Source: Eledone cirrhosa
Taxonomy: Eukaryota
NCBI GenBank assembly: GCA_964016885.1
Contig: OZ024760.1
Location: 744,001 to 808,000, forward strand
Length of the DNA: 64,000 nt
Reading direction: 5' to 3'
The notes beneath the pieces are model-generated. The model saw only the letters and a program-made list of their open reading frames with translations, did not search any database and was not told the DNA's origin. This document shows, in pieces, positions 14,373-33,070 of this stretch. The first letter of the stretch is position 1, and every line of letters begins with the position of its first letter. Position numbers and translations under genes: made by a program.

Positions 14373-14460
14373 AATAGAAATAGGATTTAGCTTCAAGCAT
14401 AGTTATATACAGATATGTATAGAAATTTCGTATTTCTAAAGAAACACGGTATGTTTACAG

Positions 14461-14514
<54 letters not shown>

Positions 14515-14549
14515 TGCATACACATAGACACGCACACACATATACATAT

Positions 14550-14574
14550 ACACCAGTAGAGTTGTCGACACAAT

Positions 14575-14613
<39 letters not shown>

Positions 14614-15071
14614 CTTACACATATACACACATAGACACACATACACATATACACTAGTACAGTTGTCGACACTATACACTCACACACATACACAAATACA
14701 CGAGTAGAGTTGTTGACATATACACACACACAGACACACACAGACACACACACACATATATATATATACTTACACAACATACACATATAGACACATATAC
14801 ACACACACATATACAGTACTACAGTTGTAGACACTATATACACTATAGACAAACACACACACATACACACGCGCGCATACACACACACATACACACATAC
14901 ACGCGCGCACACACACACACATACACACATCTATCCATCTCTCTCTCTATATATATATATATACTTACACACATATAAAGTAGTACAGTTGTCGACACTA
15001 TATACACTATAGACAAACACACACATATACACACATACACGCGCACACACACACACACACACATCTATCCA

Positions 15072-15103
<32 letters not shown>

Positions 15104-15235
15104 CTTACACACATATACAGTAGTACTGTTGTCAACACTATATACACTATTGACAAACACACACACACATACACGCGCGCACACACACACACACATATAC
15201 AGTAGTACAGTTGTCAACACTATATACACTATAGA

Positions 15236-15301
<66 letters not shown>

Positions 15302-15345
15302 GTAGTACAGTTGTCGACACTATATACACTATAGACAGTACTAAA
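14550..15345. repeat. Composite minisatellite: AGTAGTACAGTTGTCGACACTATATACACTATAGAC motif spaced by (CA)/(TA) runs
   Basis: About 8 copies of the motif are visible. Confidence 0.8.
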
Positions 15346-15444
15346 TACACAATAAGACTGACAGAAATGCTATTTATTGTCTTTGATGATCGATAAATGG
15401 AATAGCATTACATATCAGTTTTTATAATTATCTTCTCCTTCAAC

Positions 15445-15465
15445 CTCACCCCCTCCTCCTCCTTT

Positions 15466-15538
<73 letters not shown>

Positions 15539-15688
15539 ACTACTACTGCTGCTGCTGCTGCTACTACTACTACTGCCGCTGTTGTTGCTACTACCACTGC
15601 GACTTACTGCTACTACTGCTGCTACTACTACTACTTACTACTACTACTACTACTACTACTTACTACTACTACTACTACTACTACTACT

Positions 15689-15743
<55 letters not shown>

Positions 15744-15850
15744 GCTACCACTACTGCTGCCGCTGTTGCTACTACTACTGCGACTTACTACTACTACTGC
15801 GACTTACTACTACTACTGCTGCTACTATTACTACTACTACTTACTACTAA
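15445..15850. repeat. (CTA)n/(CTG)n triplet microsatellite block
   Basis: Direct reading. Confidence 0.95.
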
Positions 15851-15962
15851 GAAATTTATAATTTAATTTAACTTATAATAAATTGGAGTGAAACAACTGA
15901 TGCGTGTGTTTCTTTTGGTAACATGACCCTCCCAAAGTATAACAATATATATATATATATAT

Positions 15963-16122
15963 ATGCAGAGGTTATATTTAATTTGTTGGGATTCAACAAG
16001 CTTAAACATTTTTATAACTGATATAAAGCACTCAACAGGTGGTGGAGTAAATACACAATATATTAATAAATCGAAACTATATTTATAAAACCATAATTAT
16101 TTTATTATACATATTTCAAAGG
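15963..16122. repeat. Interspersed fragment, family H, carrying the 3' half of a hammerhead-like motif
   Basis: Related to 46228-46415 and 62925-63082, where TTGAAA-TATATA-TA-ATAAAA is seen. Confidence 0.6.
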
Positions 16123-16149
16123 TCTTTCGCTATGAATTTTAAGGTTCTG

Positions 16150-16610
16150 GTCCTCCATTCCTCCTACTTCATATATCACCTCCTACTACACTCCCTACTT
16201 TCACTATCCATTCCTCCTACTGCCTTTCACACACTACCTCCTACCATCCTCTCTACTTTCACTATCCATTCCTCCTACTCCCTCTCAACCTCTACTTCCT
16301 ACTATACTCTCTAGTTTCACTATCCATTCCTCCTACTGCCTTTCACACACTACCTCCTACCATCCTCTCTACTTTCACTATCCATTCCTCCTACTCCCTC
16401 TCAACCTCTACCTCCTACTATACTCTCTAGTTTCATTATCCATTTCTCCTACTGCCTTTCACACACTACCTCCTACCACACTCTCTACTTTCACTATCCA
16501 TTCCTCCTACTCCCTCTCAACCTCTACCTCCTACTACACTCTCTAGTTTCACTATCCATTCCTCCTACTTCCTTTCAATCACCACCTCCTCCCATCCTCT
16601 CTACTTTCCA
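16150..16610. repeat. 58-bp minisatellite with alternating A/B units (116-bp higher-order repeat)
   Basis: TTTCACTATCC at 16199, 16257, 16315, 16373, 16431, 16489 and 16547. Confidence 0.9.
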
Positions 16611-16864
16611 TGCTAACATTTCTATCTCCCAGGTCGGCCATGTTCAATATTTTCTTATGTTTCTTTATATATTTTTTTTATTTTTTATTTGTTATTCGTG
16701 TTTTATGTTGTTTTTGTGCCGTATTGTTTTTATATTTGTTTTGTATTGTTTTTTTATTCCTGTTGTTGTTGTTGTTGTTGTTTTCTTTCATTCAGATCTG
16801 TAATCCGAGTTTTTAGCAAAACAACCGCAAATCCGTAAATGACGTATGGAGCATCTCCTGTGAT

Positions 16865-16872
16865 ATTGCTGC

Positions 16873-16906
<34 letters not shown>

Positions 16907-16908
16907 GC

Positions 16909-16941
<33 letters not shown>

Positions 16942-17294
16942 CGTCGTCGTCGTCGGCGGCGGCGGCGGTGGTGGCGGCGGCGGCGGTGGTGGTGGTGGTG
17001 GTGGTGGTGGTGGTGGTGATGTTGGTGGTGGTGTTGTTGGTGTTGGTGTTGTTGTTGTTGTTGTTATTGTTGTCGTTGTTGTTGTTGTTGTTGGTGTTGT
17101 TATGGTTGTTGTTGTCGATGTTGTTGTTGGTGGTGGTGTTGTTGGTGGTTTTCTCGTTGCGGGCGGTTTTCTTGTTGGTGTTGGTGTTGGTGGTGGTGGT
17201 GGCGATGGTGGTGGTGTTGTTGGTGTTGTTGTTGATCATCAATTGTCATTCATTGTTCATCTAGTCGTAGTACTAGTGGTGGTGGTAGTAGTAT

Positions 17295-17330
<36 letters not shown>

Positions 17331-17351
17331 TAGTAGTAGTAGTAGTAGTAA

Positions 17352-17385
<34 letters not shown>

Positions 17386-17449
17386 AGTAGTAGCGGTAGT
17401 AGTAGTGGTGGTAGTAGTAGCGGTAGTAATAGTAGTGGTAGTAGCAGCA

Positions 17450-17508
<59 letters not shown>

Positions 17509-17515
17509 ACAGCAG

Positions 17516-17579
<64 letters not shown>

Positions 17580-17596
17580 TATGGTAATAGTAACAG

Positions 17597-17643
<47 letters not shown>

Positions 17644-17775
17644 ACAGCAGCAGTGGTAGTAGATATTACTGTCACATTTTCTGCTCTTACTGGTGTCATT
17701 ATTGCTGTTGCATTGCATTTATTGTTGTTGTTGCTGTTGTTGTTGTTCTTGCAATTGGTATTGTTGTTGTTGTGA
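16865..17775. repeat. (GTT)n/(GTG)n/(GTA)n triplet block
   Basis: Direct reading. Confidence 0.95.
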
Positions 17776-17933
17776 GAAGAAGGGGGTAGCGAGAGGGGGA
17801 GGTAAGTTCTGGAATATTCAGTTGTCAAAGTGCTTTCTTGGCAAGTGATTTTGTGCGGCTGCGTGTATGTATGAATATGTATCTGCGTATATATGTATTT
17901 GGGTCTGTGCTGATAGCTGTATCTATGTTGGCT

Positions 17934-17981
<48 letters not shown>

Positions 17982-17987
17982 CATATA

Positions 17988-18714
<727 letters not shown>

Positions 18715-18779
18715 ATATATAAGTGAACACAGATACAGCTATACGCAGAGACCCATATATATATATGTGTGTGTGTGTG

Positions 18780-18860
18780 AATGGAAGATCCTGGAAGGAC
18801 TGGCACCGAACCTTGGCATTAAGAGCTGGACCAACCCTCGCAGAGGACGTCACTGTGGCT
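18780..18860 (+). mobile_element. Possible CR1/L2-like LINE 3' fragment
   Basis: WKILEGLAPN...RRGRHC resembles a CR1-type ORF2 C-terminus. Confidence 0.35.
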
Positions 18861-19323
18861 CACATTTCCGCCTTTTCGGCACTAGCTCCCACATTTTTCA
18901 ACCGATTACGATCAAATTCGATACTTCGGCTCCACTTCACACATAAATCAATTTATTTGGTTCAACTTTTATACTACGATAGAACCTATCATTGCACATC
19001 TTATGGATGGTCAAAGGCAAAACGATGGCCCCTGTCGTCGTCTGAGCTTTTAGTTGTGTATTTGAGAATTCATCGGTTTCCAATCAAGTAGCGTGAGGAA
19101 ATTTGGCTTAGTGTTAGAGGTCATTACCTCCCCCCCTCCTCCCCCAGCATGCCCCTTCGTCAGTCACCCGCGTTTCTCAGTGATAGAGGTCATCACCACC
19201 CTCCCCCGCATGGTCTGTGTGTGGCCATAGATGAGTCATCGAGAAGCAGTCGGTAAGATCAACACCTTTTCAACAAAGCAGATATTATTTTACCTACCCA
19301 GGCAACGCTGGGTACTGCTGCTA

Positions 19324-19385
<62 letters not shown>

Positions 19386-19628
19386 CATGGTAAATCTGCA
19401 ACAGAGCAGTCCAGTGTTTTAATCAAAATTCCTCTTTCAGAATTACAATCAAATGAGATTATTTCTGGCACCCAATACATCATTTTTTACTATGTCAACC
19501 TTTTCTCACCAGGGGGCGTCCTTGTTTCTGCTCTCTCTTATAACAACCGCCATAGTATTTTTCGCTCTGTCTACATGCTTCTTTATCTCAGTCAGTCTGT
19601 GTGTCTGAGTGTCTGTTTCTTTTCTCTG

Positions 19629-19696
<68 letters not shown>

Positions 19697-20033
19697 ATAT
19701 ATATACATACATTATATATATGTGTGTGTCTGTGTATATATATATATACATAATATATGTGTACATATATAATATAATATATATACGTACATAATATATA
19801 TATACATACGTTATAAATATATATATATACATTATAAATATATATATATATACACACACACACGTAATATATATATGCATATATGCATATGCGCGTTTAT
19901 AAATATACATCGCTGTCAATCTTACATGTTCTTATGCAGTTCCTCTGTCTTTCTATTTCCCTATCTCCCCGTCCCCCCTCTCCTTCTATCCCTTCCCTCT
20001 CCCTATACCTCTCTCTTTCTCTCTTTCTCTCTA

Positions 20034-20128
<95 letters not shown>

Positions 20129-20343
20129 CTCACTTCAACTACCTCTGCCTTATTCTATGTGACTATACACTTGCCACATACTTCAGGATTTATACTTCTA
20201 AACTGAAGATTAACGGTTTAGCCATTCTAATAATCCTTTATGAGTGAACCACGACAGAAGGTGTGTAAGTGCTTCGTAAGCTGGTTTCCAGAGCCAGTCG
20301 TTTATATTTCCACACTACATCATAACCCTATCAGTGCATAAGT

Positions 20344-20383
<40 letters not shown>

Positions 20384-20397
20384 ACCAGGAATCAGTG

Positions 20398-20429
<32 letters not shown>

Positions 20430-20550
20430 TATCCAAGGAGTGTCGATTACAGAGTCGGGCTAGATCGATACAGATCGAAGCTTGAGCTGATCGGTGGCGA
20501 AACGAGCGTCACCCACCAATAAACGTAATGAAGGAGTAACCACTCGTTCT

Positions 20551-20618
<68 letters not shown>

Positions 20619-20650
20619 AGATCAAAAGATGGTTAAAGGAGTTCCATGTA

Positions 20651-20717
20651 TTTTATTATGCGCATTTCAAAAACAAACATCATCATGCAATAATATTTGT
20701 GTTTTCATCAGATAAAA
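20651..20717 (-). ncRNA. Minimal hammerhead ribozyme (family B)
   Basis: Reverse complement of 20826-20892. Confidence 0.85.
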
Positions 20718-20825
20718 CAGGAGAACATGATATGAAGGCTAAAAAACACTTGTGGATAGTGCAGTTTTAAATCAACATATGCACTATCCACAAGTGTTTT
20801 TTAGCCTTCATATCATGTTCTCCTG

Positions 20826-20892
20826 TTTTATCTGATGAAAACACAAATATTATTGCATGATGATGTTTGTTTTTGAAATGCGCATAATAAAA
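20826..20892 (+). ncRNA. Minimal hammerhead ribozyme (family B)
   Basis: Same core and stems as 8708-8774. Confidence 0.88.
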
Positions 20893-21018
20893 TACATGGA
20901 ACTCCTTTAACCATCTTTTGATCTTATATTATATATACTCCAGTCCTACAAACTGTAGAGTGCTTCTTATCCGATATCTGCATTGCTTTATTGTACTACA
21001 ATAAAACTCACCTCCTAC

Positions 21019-21134
<116 letters not shown>

Positions 21135-21152
21135 CATATATATATATATATG

Positions 21153-21220
<68 letters not shown>

Positions 21221-21319
21221 CCAGGCTACTAATATGCAAATCAGGCTGATCAGTCACTGTATATTTCAGAAAATATATTTTTTCACTATCTCTGACAGTT
21301 GGCAGGTGAACAGTAAACA

Positions 21320-21360
21320 GCACTGGTGAAGGGTAATCACCCAGAAACATTAGTGTCTGC
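21320..21360 (+). ncRNA. Hammerhead-like motif with A6G core change (relative of family E)
   Basis: GCA-CTGGTGA-AGGGT aatc ACCCA-GAAA-CATTAGTG-TC-TGC, with an outer helix GTTGGCA.GTGAAC/GTTTAC.TGCCAAC. Confidence 0.65.
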
Positions 21361-21472
21361 AGTTTTGTTTACATGCCAACACGAGAGCAAGAATGTGGGG
21401 GGGGGGGAGCTCATTCTACTGACATGGCTTAAAAGTGGCTGTTTGCATAATTGGAAACGAATCGAATATGAT

Positions 21473-21590
21473 CTGAGTTCAAATCCCGCCGAGGTTAACT
21501 TTGCCTTTCATCCTTACGGGGTCGATAAAATAAAGTACCAGTAATGTACTGGGTATTTTGCTGGCCTTGTGCCTAAAATAGAAACAATTA
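21473..21590 (+). mobile_element. tRNA-derived SINE, 3' part
   Basis: TCTGAGTTCAAATCCCGCCGAGG...GCTGGCCTTGTGCC. Confidence 0.85.
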
Positions 21591-21643
21591 TTAATATTCG
21601 AAAAACTCAGAGTATATATATATATATATAACAAAAACTCAGA

Positions 21644-21734
<91 letters not shown>

Positions 21735-22005
21735 ACAAAAACTCAGAGTATATATATATATAACAAAAAGAGTGAGGTAAGATACCGGGTGGACCATTAC
21801 GCACCAGAGTACTCGATACTTGGGGTAGTAGTAGTAGGGTAATATGAAAAGATTCAGGTCTCGACGGCTGATCTAGATCTAGCTGTCAAAACGGCCGGAG
21901 CTCAGCCGTCGGGGTCCTCAACCTTTTCATATATATATATGCTTTAAATATATAGTGCCATTCAAATTTTAATGTGTGTATATATATATTTATATATATA
22001 TATAA

Positions 22006-22038
<33 letters not shown>

Positions 22039-22269
22039 TGTATGTATGTATGTATGTATGTATGTATGTATGTATGTATGTATGTATGTATGTATGTATT
22101 AAAATTTAAATGGCACCACAGATTTAAAGCACTTTAATACTTTAAATCATTAGAGTCATTTAAATTTGAATGTATAACAGCTCTGCGTGGGCACTACCGC
22201 ATTGAGCTATAGATCAACCTATAAATCAGTATACCATTAATATTATAACTATAATATTAATACTAATAT

Positions 22270-22316
<47 letters not shown>

Positions 22317-22461
22317 AGTTTCAGAAGATCCCGTAAAAGGTGAAACCAGCGCGATTCTTTGCTTAAGTTTTAATCTGTACATATAATAAAAGTTTGCTTT
22401 ACGGTTTTTTTTTATATATATATAAAATCCGAAGAGGGTCCGATAAGGATTATATATAAAT

Positions 22462-22900
22462 ATCTATCTATCTTGGACGGGTAAAATTCCCGAGATCCAT
22501 GGACGAATTCTCTCCAGCGGTCTCTGTCCCTCATCATCGCTGCTATGTCCTGCGTCTCCAAGAGACCAGTGTCTGTCCTTAAGGCATCAACCTCAGTCAA
22601 CCTCAGTCTCACTCTTCTAGTGTGTCCGTGTAGAGGTTCCCACAGGACCACAGAGTTCATTGTCAACTCCGAATGTCGGTGAGCATGTCCAGCTGACCTC
22701 AGTTTCCTCTGTGCTACTTTCGAGCTGACTTTTGAGAGGCTCCCGTACAGCTCTGAGTTCTTCATCCTCAGTGTATACTGATTAATGTTCAAAGCCATCC
22801 TCAGCATTCTCGTGTAACACCCATCCACCATCTGAGTGAGTTTCTTGGTCAGTCTCCAAGTCTCGGACCCGTACAGCAGCACAGACTCCACTGCAGCAAC
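22462..22900 (-). mobile_element. RTE-clade LINE 3' fragment
   Basis: ESVLLYGSETW...DGCYTRMLRMALNI...AGH..RH...VLWEP.HG...DRDRWR; ends in an (ATAG)n tail. Confidence 0.85.
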
Positions 22901-22904
22901 GATT

Positions 22905-23578
22905 ATAATATATATATATATTATAGTATATAAGGGAGAGGATTAGGAGTGTATAACTGTATGTTATAATGTGTGAGCAGAAGATATATATTATATATAT
23001 ATATATATTATAGTATATAAGGGAGAGGATTAGGAGTGTATATCTGTATGTTATAATGTGTGAGCAGAAGATATATATTATATATATCTTCTGCTCACAC
23101 ATTATAACATACAGACCCACACTATATTTACCTCTGCTAAGATACGGGTCCCTTTGAAAATATGTTTTCGCGCCATTCCTGGCCTGACTGTAGTCTGACA
23201 TTAATATCGACCTTTCTTCCTCTTTCTTTCTATCTTTCTTCTTGTAGCCATCAACCCTGACTTTTCTTCTTCTTCCTTTTCTTCTTCTCTTCCCCCTTCT
23301 TTCTGTCTTTCTCCTTGTGGCATGATATTAACGCTGACTTTCCTCCCCCTTTTTGTTTGCCTATATTTGACCGGTAGTAGTTGTTAAGATACGGGTCCCT
23401 TAGAATAAATTTTTTTCGCGACATTCCTGGCCTGACTGTAATACAGACCTTTCCTCCTCTTTCTTTCTGTCTTTCTTCTTATAGCTGACCTTAACCCTGA
23501 CTTCTCTTCTTCTTCCTTTTCTTCCTTCCCCCTTCTTCTCTCTTCTTTCTTTCTTTTTCCTTCCCCGTTCTTCTCTCT

Positions 23579-23617
<39 letters not shown>

Positions 23618-23745
23618 CCTTCCCCCTTCTTCTTCTCTCTTCTTTCTTTCTTTCTTTCTTTTTTCTTGTGGCATGATATTAACGCTGACTTATGTTCATG
23701 TTCCTATGCCTTTCTGTTTTCTTTTATTTGACCGGTAGTAGCACA
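22905..23745. repeat. Tandem plus fold-back composite repeat
   Basis: An ~88-bp unit occurs twice (22905-23077) with an inverted partial copy at 23081-23114. A second unit (TAAGATACGGGTCCC...TTGACCGGTAGTAG) occurs twice (23138-23380 and 23385-23741). Confidence 0.75.
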
Positions 23746-23874
23746 CTGTAAGCTTTAGCCACGTCACTCGAGGGCGACCGGCAAAGGTGGAAGATGCTGG
23801 ATGGCGGTCGTCCTCGGGTCTTCGATTTTCAGCCCCATGGATTTTATCTATTACATTCACTTATTATATTTCGA

Positions 23875-23932
23875 ATACCTGATGATATCACCGGATTCAT
23901 ACGGAACGCGGTCATTGAAATGATCATAGTAT
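23875..23932 (+). ncRNA. Minimal hammerhead ribozyme (family F)
   Basis: ATAC-CTGATGA-TATCACCG..CGGTCATT-GAAA-TGATCA-TA-GTAT; stem III ATGATCAT; preceded by a GC hairpin at 23767-23815. Confidence 0.85.
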
Positions 23933-23982
23933 AATAAACCTTTGAAGGATTTACACAAGTCCAGCCTCCTGTCATTTCATTA

Positions 23983-24106
<124 letters not shown>

Positions 24107-24122
24107 TATATATATATATATA

Positions 24123-25027
<905 letters not shown>

Positions 25028-25214
25028 CATATTATCCCTATCGAGCCCACTTTGGATTTTAGTCTTCACATTTATTATTACTATATCTATCTCAGGGAAA
25101 ACATAGAAAAGACGTAAACATGCGCAATTCCCCTTCCTCAGCTGTTTCCTGGTATGTCTCCAGGGTTTCGGATTCTATAAAGACTACTATTCTTTTCATC
25201 AATTGTCACTAAAC

Positions 25215-26272
<1,058 letters not shown>

Positions 26273-26674
26273 ATGTATCTATATATACATTCTCAAGTTC
26301 CAACTAAAATCTCAATATTTTTAGTATTTCAATATCTATAGACCTCTGATGCCTAGAATTTCCTGAAATCGAACTCTGCCACCGTGAATATGATCTAAAT
26401 TTGATGTGACTGATGCAAAAATCTCCATCGAAAGTTGATCTCTTTCGTTCGGAAGTAGAACCAGTATTTCGATGGAGATCGATATTCTTGTGAGGATCTT
26501 TCCGTCGTATCAATAAACTAGGTTAATATTTATTTCATTTAATATTAATTTGGTTTGATTTTTTTTTAAAAACGTAATAGAAATAATCGTTTCTACTATT
26601 GGCACAAGGCCAGCAATTTGAAAGATTGACAACAGTAAATGACTGGTATTTTATTTCATTTTATCGACTCGACT

Positions 26675-26912
26675 TAATAAAGTGCGTAGCTCGGAGATCA
26701 GAGAGTCTCTCCAGGCAGAGCCGCTACTTCTCTGAATTGAGAGTTCACAGCTCTGATACTATGGACATGTGGTTGGACGTCTCAGGAAAGATTCGCTGCA
26801 GAGATTTTTCTGGCAAAACCAAAAGGTAGGAATCCCAGGGTCAGACGCCGAGCCCGATGGTTGGATAACATCGATGAGCTTGGCTGGTCACGCTTGGGGA
26901 TCCAGCCGGCTT
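26675..26912 (+). mobile_element. RTE (Rex3/Expander-like) LINE fragment
   Basis: KVRSSEIRESLQAEPLLL*IESSQL*YYGHV; homologous to 44520-45000. Confidence 0.7.
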
Positions 26913-26954
26913 CAAATTTATTATTATTACTATATATATATATATATATATATG

Positions 26955-27027
<73 letters not shown>

Positions 27028-27034
27028 TATATAC

Positions 27035-27711
<677 letters not shown>

Positions 27712-27723
27712 CATATATATATG

Positions 27724-27794
<71 letters not shown>

Positions 27795-28027
27795 TGAAAT
27801 AAGATTTTTATTTGATGATTCTGTTCTCATTACAACAACAAATGCATAAATTACATCTTAGATTACATAAGAGAACCGTTGAAATAATTACTATGAATAA
27901 ACGATTTATGTAACATCAGCATCTTTATTAATGTTATATATATATATATATATAAAGTCTATGAAGCAAATTGAAATACTAAAACAAGTTTTATAACTGT
28001 GAGTGTGCATGTATATATATGTATGCC

Positions 28028-28676
<649 letters not shown>

Positions 28677-29215
28677 TAGCGAGGTTTTTTATATGAAATC
28701 GTGTGTCGAAACAAATATTGTTATACTTGGGGAGGGTCATATTTGTGTAATATTGCCAGAATTAATAACAGAACACACTCACTGTTTGGTTGGTTTTCGC
28801 TTCTCGCTGTCTTTTATATCTGTAATCTAGCTTACTCGATCCTCAATGTTGCCATTGACTGACCGACGGTCAAAAATAATACAGATACAATATAGACACA
28901 AACACATATATATAGTTTACATAATTTACATAAATCTTTCGTTGCACATCTGCAACATCGTCAGTGGTGTTATATTCATTGTTCCTCCTGTTGTGTTGTA
29001 TGTCTACGCCATTTTTTATTCAGTCTGTCTATATAGACAGACTGTCTATATAGACATTTTAGATCATTGGCTGGACTAAAAAGCCACATTCGATCGCAGC
29101 ACTGTTAGTTGCTATCGTGTGTGTGTGTGTAGATATGCTTATGTGCGTGCGTGTGTGTGTATATATATATGAATATGTATATTATTATTGTTGTTGTCGT
29201 TATTATTATTATTGC

Positions 29216-29246
<31 letters not shown>

Positions 29247-29312
29247 GTTATTAATGTATGTGTGTATATGTGTGAGTGTATGTGTATGTATGTGTGTATG
29301 TATATATGTATG

Positions 29313-29371
<59 letters not shown>

Positions 29372-29492
29372 CTTTTTTTCTTTTCTTTTTTTCTTTCTTT
29401 TTTTTATTTATTTATTATCATTATTTTTTTTTTTTTTTTTTTCTTGTGCAATGGCCATATTCGATAACGAGGGGGCAGCCATCATATATATT

Positions 29493-29526
<34 letters not shown>

Positions 29527-30517
29527 CAGATCACCACTTGGTGCTACTGGTAACATGTATTCCAGTACAACCTGTCCCATGGTCGGGTCGTTGGCGACTA
29601 AACTGGCAACCCCACTAAGGTTTCTTGGTGAGGAGGGTGACTTTGGACATCCTGCAGGACTAAAAACAAAACCTGTCAAAGGGCAAAGGAGCTCTTAAGA
29701 GTCAATGGCCATCCAAAATCACCGGGTCAAGGCAGAATTCTAGGAGAAGGAAAACTCTGATATAACACCTGCAGCTCTGGTGGTATCCAATGATGTTGAC
29801 TTGCTCTTCTTTTTGGTAAATATCATCTTGGTTAAGAGAGTGGGACTGGCTTTGTGCAGTGCCTTTTCTCACTATAAATGCTTCACGGCACAGGCATTGC
29901 TTTATATCTAGAGATCTCTCTGCACTTGTCGTCACATGGTACCATGGGCCCAGCACTATGTGTCAATAATTGTCACAATTGTAGTGTTTGTACCAGAGTT
30001 TTCATGTCGCAGGCTGGACTAAAAGGTCACACTCGTTCAGCGCATCAGTAGGGGTTCTCCTACATGGATATAAAGTAGTGGCCGTACTCGAAAACGAGTT
30101 GGCAGCCACCATATATGTATATATATATTATATATATATATATATGTATGTATATATGTATGTATATATGTATATATATATGTATGTATATATGTATGTA
30201 TATATGTATATATATATATATTATATATATATATGTATGTATATATGTATATATATATGTATATATATATTATATATATATATGTATGTATATATGTATA
30301 TATATATATATATATATATGTAGATAAATCTACCAAGAGTTTACGGTAGTGTCCAATCCGTATGAAGAACTCAATGTAATCCGGATATCATGGAAAGAAG
30401 AGATGCAATGAAAAATCACTTTCGGTGAAAGATAAACGGAATACAGAGTCAAGATAAAATATAAAAAAAAATAATGAATAAAACAATGAAACAGTTCCTT
30501 ATATTAAACAAAAAAAG

Positions 30518-30672
30518 TTCATTATTTAACGATCGTTTCTAGGATATATATGTGTTAGAATTGGCATGCATATTCAACAGATCTATGTACAAAATTATAC
30601 AAAATTATACAAACTATCAAAATTAAATATACATACCAAACACATATATATGCCGTCTTCAGAAATAATGAA
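30518..30672 (-). ncRNA. Hammerhead with long stem II (family A), downstream of the Penelope-like ORF
   Basis: Reverse complement of 123-277 with about 2 substitutions. Confidence 0.75.
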
Positions 30673-31314
30673 ATATATTTATTGATAATAACAACAATTC
30701 AAAATTTCAGGTCTGTTTGGGAACAGAGTTCAAATTGACCAATGAAAATACAAAAAGTTTATACAGTTAGGTGTGTGTATATATATGTAAGTAACTTCGT
30801 TCACAGATATGCATAAAGATATATGTTCACATGCATACGCATGCCAAAAAGATGTATGTAAATACAAAAATTCAAGGCTAATGTCTCTGTAAGTTTATAA
30901 TCTACAGATAAAATGCGTATACACACATAAATATAAAATAAATATATACACACATTCATATACTCACACATATTCGTACATTCACACACACACGCGCGTA
31001 TACGCATAAACATACACATAACCACGAACATACATACACACATACACCCCCACACACATATATATGTGTATATACTATTATCATAAGCATATGGACATTA
31101 ATGCACGCACATAAACACTGCCACACATATTTAGATCCAGATACAGAAATTAGGTGGGGGGGGGAGGTCAGTATTCAACGGTGTCAGCAGACTGCCTATT
31201 TATAAATGTATCTATAAACTTAGAAATAAAAAGAAAAGAAAAAGAAAAAAGAAATATATCAAGAAAATATATATATATATATATATACACACATACACAC
31301 ACACACACATATAT

Positions 31315-31393
<79 letters not shown>

Positions 31394-31732
31394 CACATAC
31401 ATATATATATATATAAACAAGTAAAATATAAAATATACATCGATATACATACATATACATATATATATATATACACACACATACACACACATACATATAC
31501 ATACATATACATACATATATACACAAACACATACATACACATACATATACATACACATACCATATAAATACACATACACATACACACACGCATACATATA
31601 GAGACACATACATATACACATATAAATACATAGACATATACACATATACACACATATATATATATATTTATATATATATACACATACACGCATACATATA
31701 TATATATACATTCACAACACACGTATATATAT

Positions 31733-31807
<75 letters not shown>

Positions 31808-31932
31808 TATATATATATACACACACATCTACACACACATATATAAACACACTGATATATATACACACATACACATACATACCCACATATAAATATATAT
31901 ATATATATATATACATACACACACATACACAT

Positions 31933-31999
<67 letters not shown>

Positions 32000-32075
32000 C
32001 ATATACACACATATACATATATACACACACACACATACACATATATAAAGATATATATACACACACACACATATA

Positions 32076-32134
<59 letters not shown>

Positions 32135-32479
32135 CATATATACACATACACATATATACACACATACATACATATACACACACATACATACACACACATA
32201 CATACTCATACATAGACATACATATATACTCACACACACATACACACTTACATATACGCATATATACAAATACATACACATCCATATATGCGTATATACA
32301 TACAAACACCACCACACGCTCACACAACTCAGACATACAAAGAAAAAGGTATATACATACATATATATACATATATAAATAGAGATACATATACATATAT
32401 AAATATATACACACGTACACACATAAACACACATACATACACATACATACACACATACATATATATACACACACAAACC

Positions 32480-32525
<46 letters not shown>

Positions 32526-32528
32526 CAC

Positions 32529-32559
<31 letters not shown>

Positions 32560-32813
32560 CATACATACACATACACATACATATATATAAAAAAATAAAG
32601 AAATAAGATAAATAAATAAATAAATTAATTAATACACACAGTCAGACAAATATGCACACACATACATATACATATATATATATACACACACATATATATA
32701 TACACATATATACATATATATATATACACATATACATACACATATAAATACACATACACACATCAACTACAAATATATATATATATATATATATATTTTT
32801 ATATATATATATA

Positions 32814-32855
<42 letters not shown>

Positions 32856-33035
32856 TCACATATATATGCGCACATACGTACACATATACACATACACACA
32901 TATACACATAGACATATACATGTGCATACATGTACATACACACATATACCCACATAGATACATAGATACACATATATGTAGACATACATATACACACACA
33001 TATATACACACACATATACACATATATATATATAC

Positions 33036-33070
<35 letters not shown>

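Noticed and set aside
14550-15345. CRISPR-like array
   Set aside because: Eukaryotic context, microsatellite spacers of variable length, and no cas genes.
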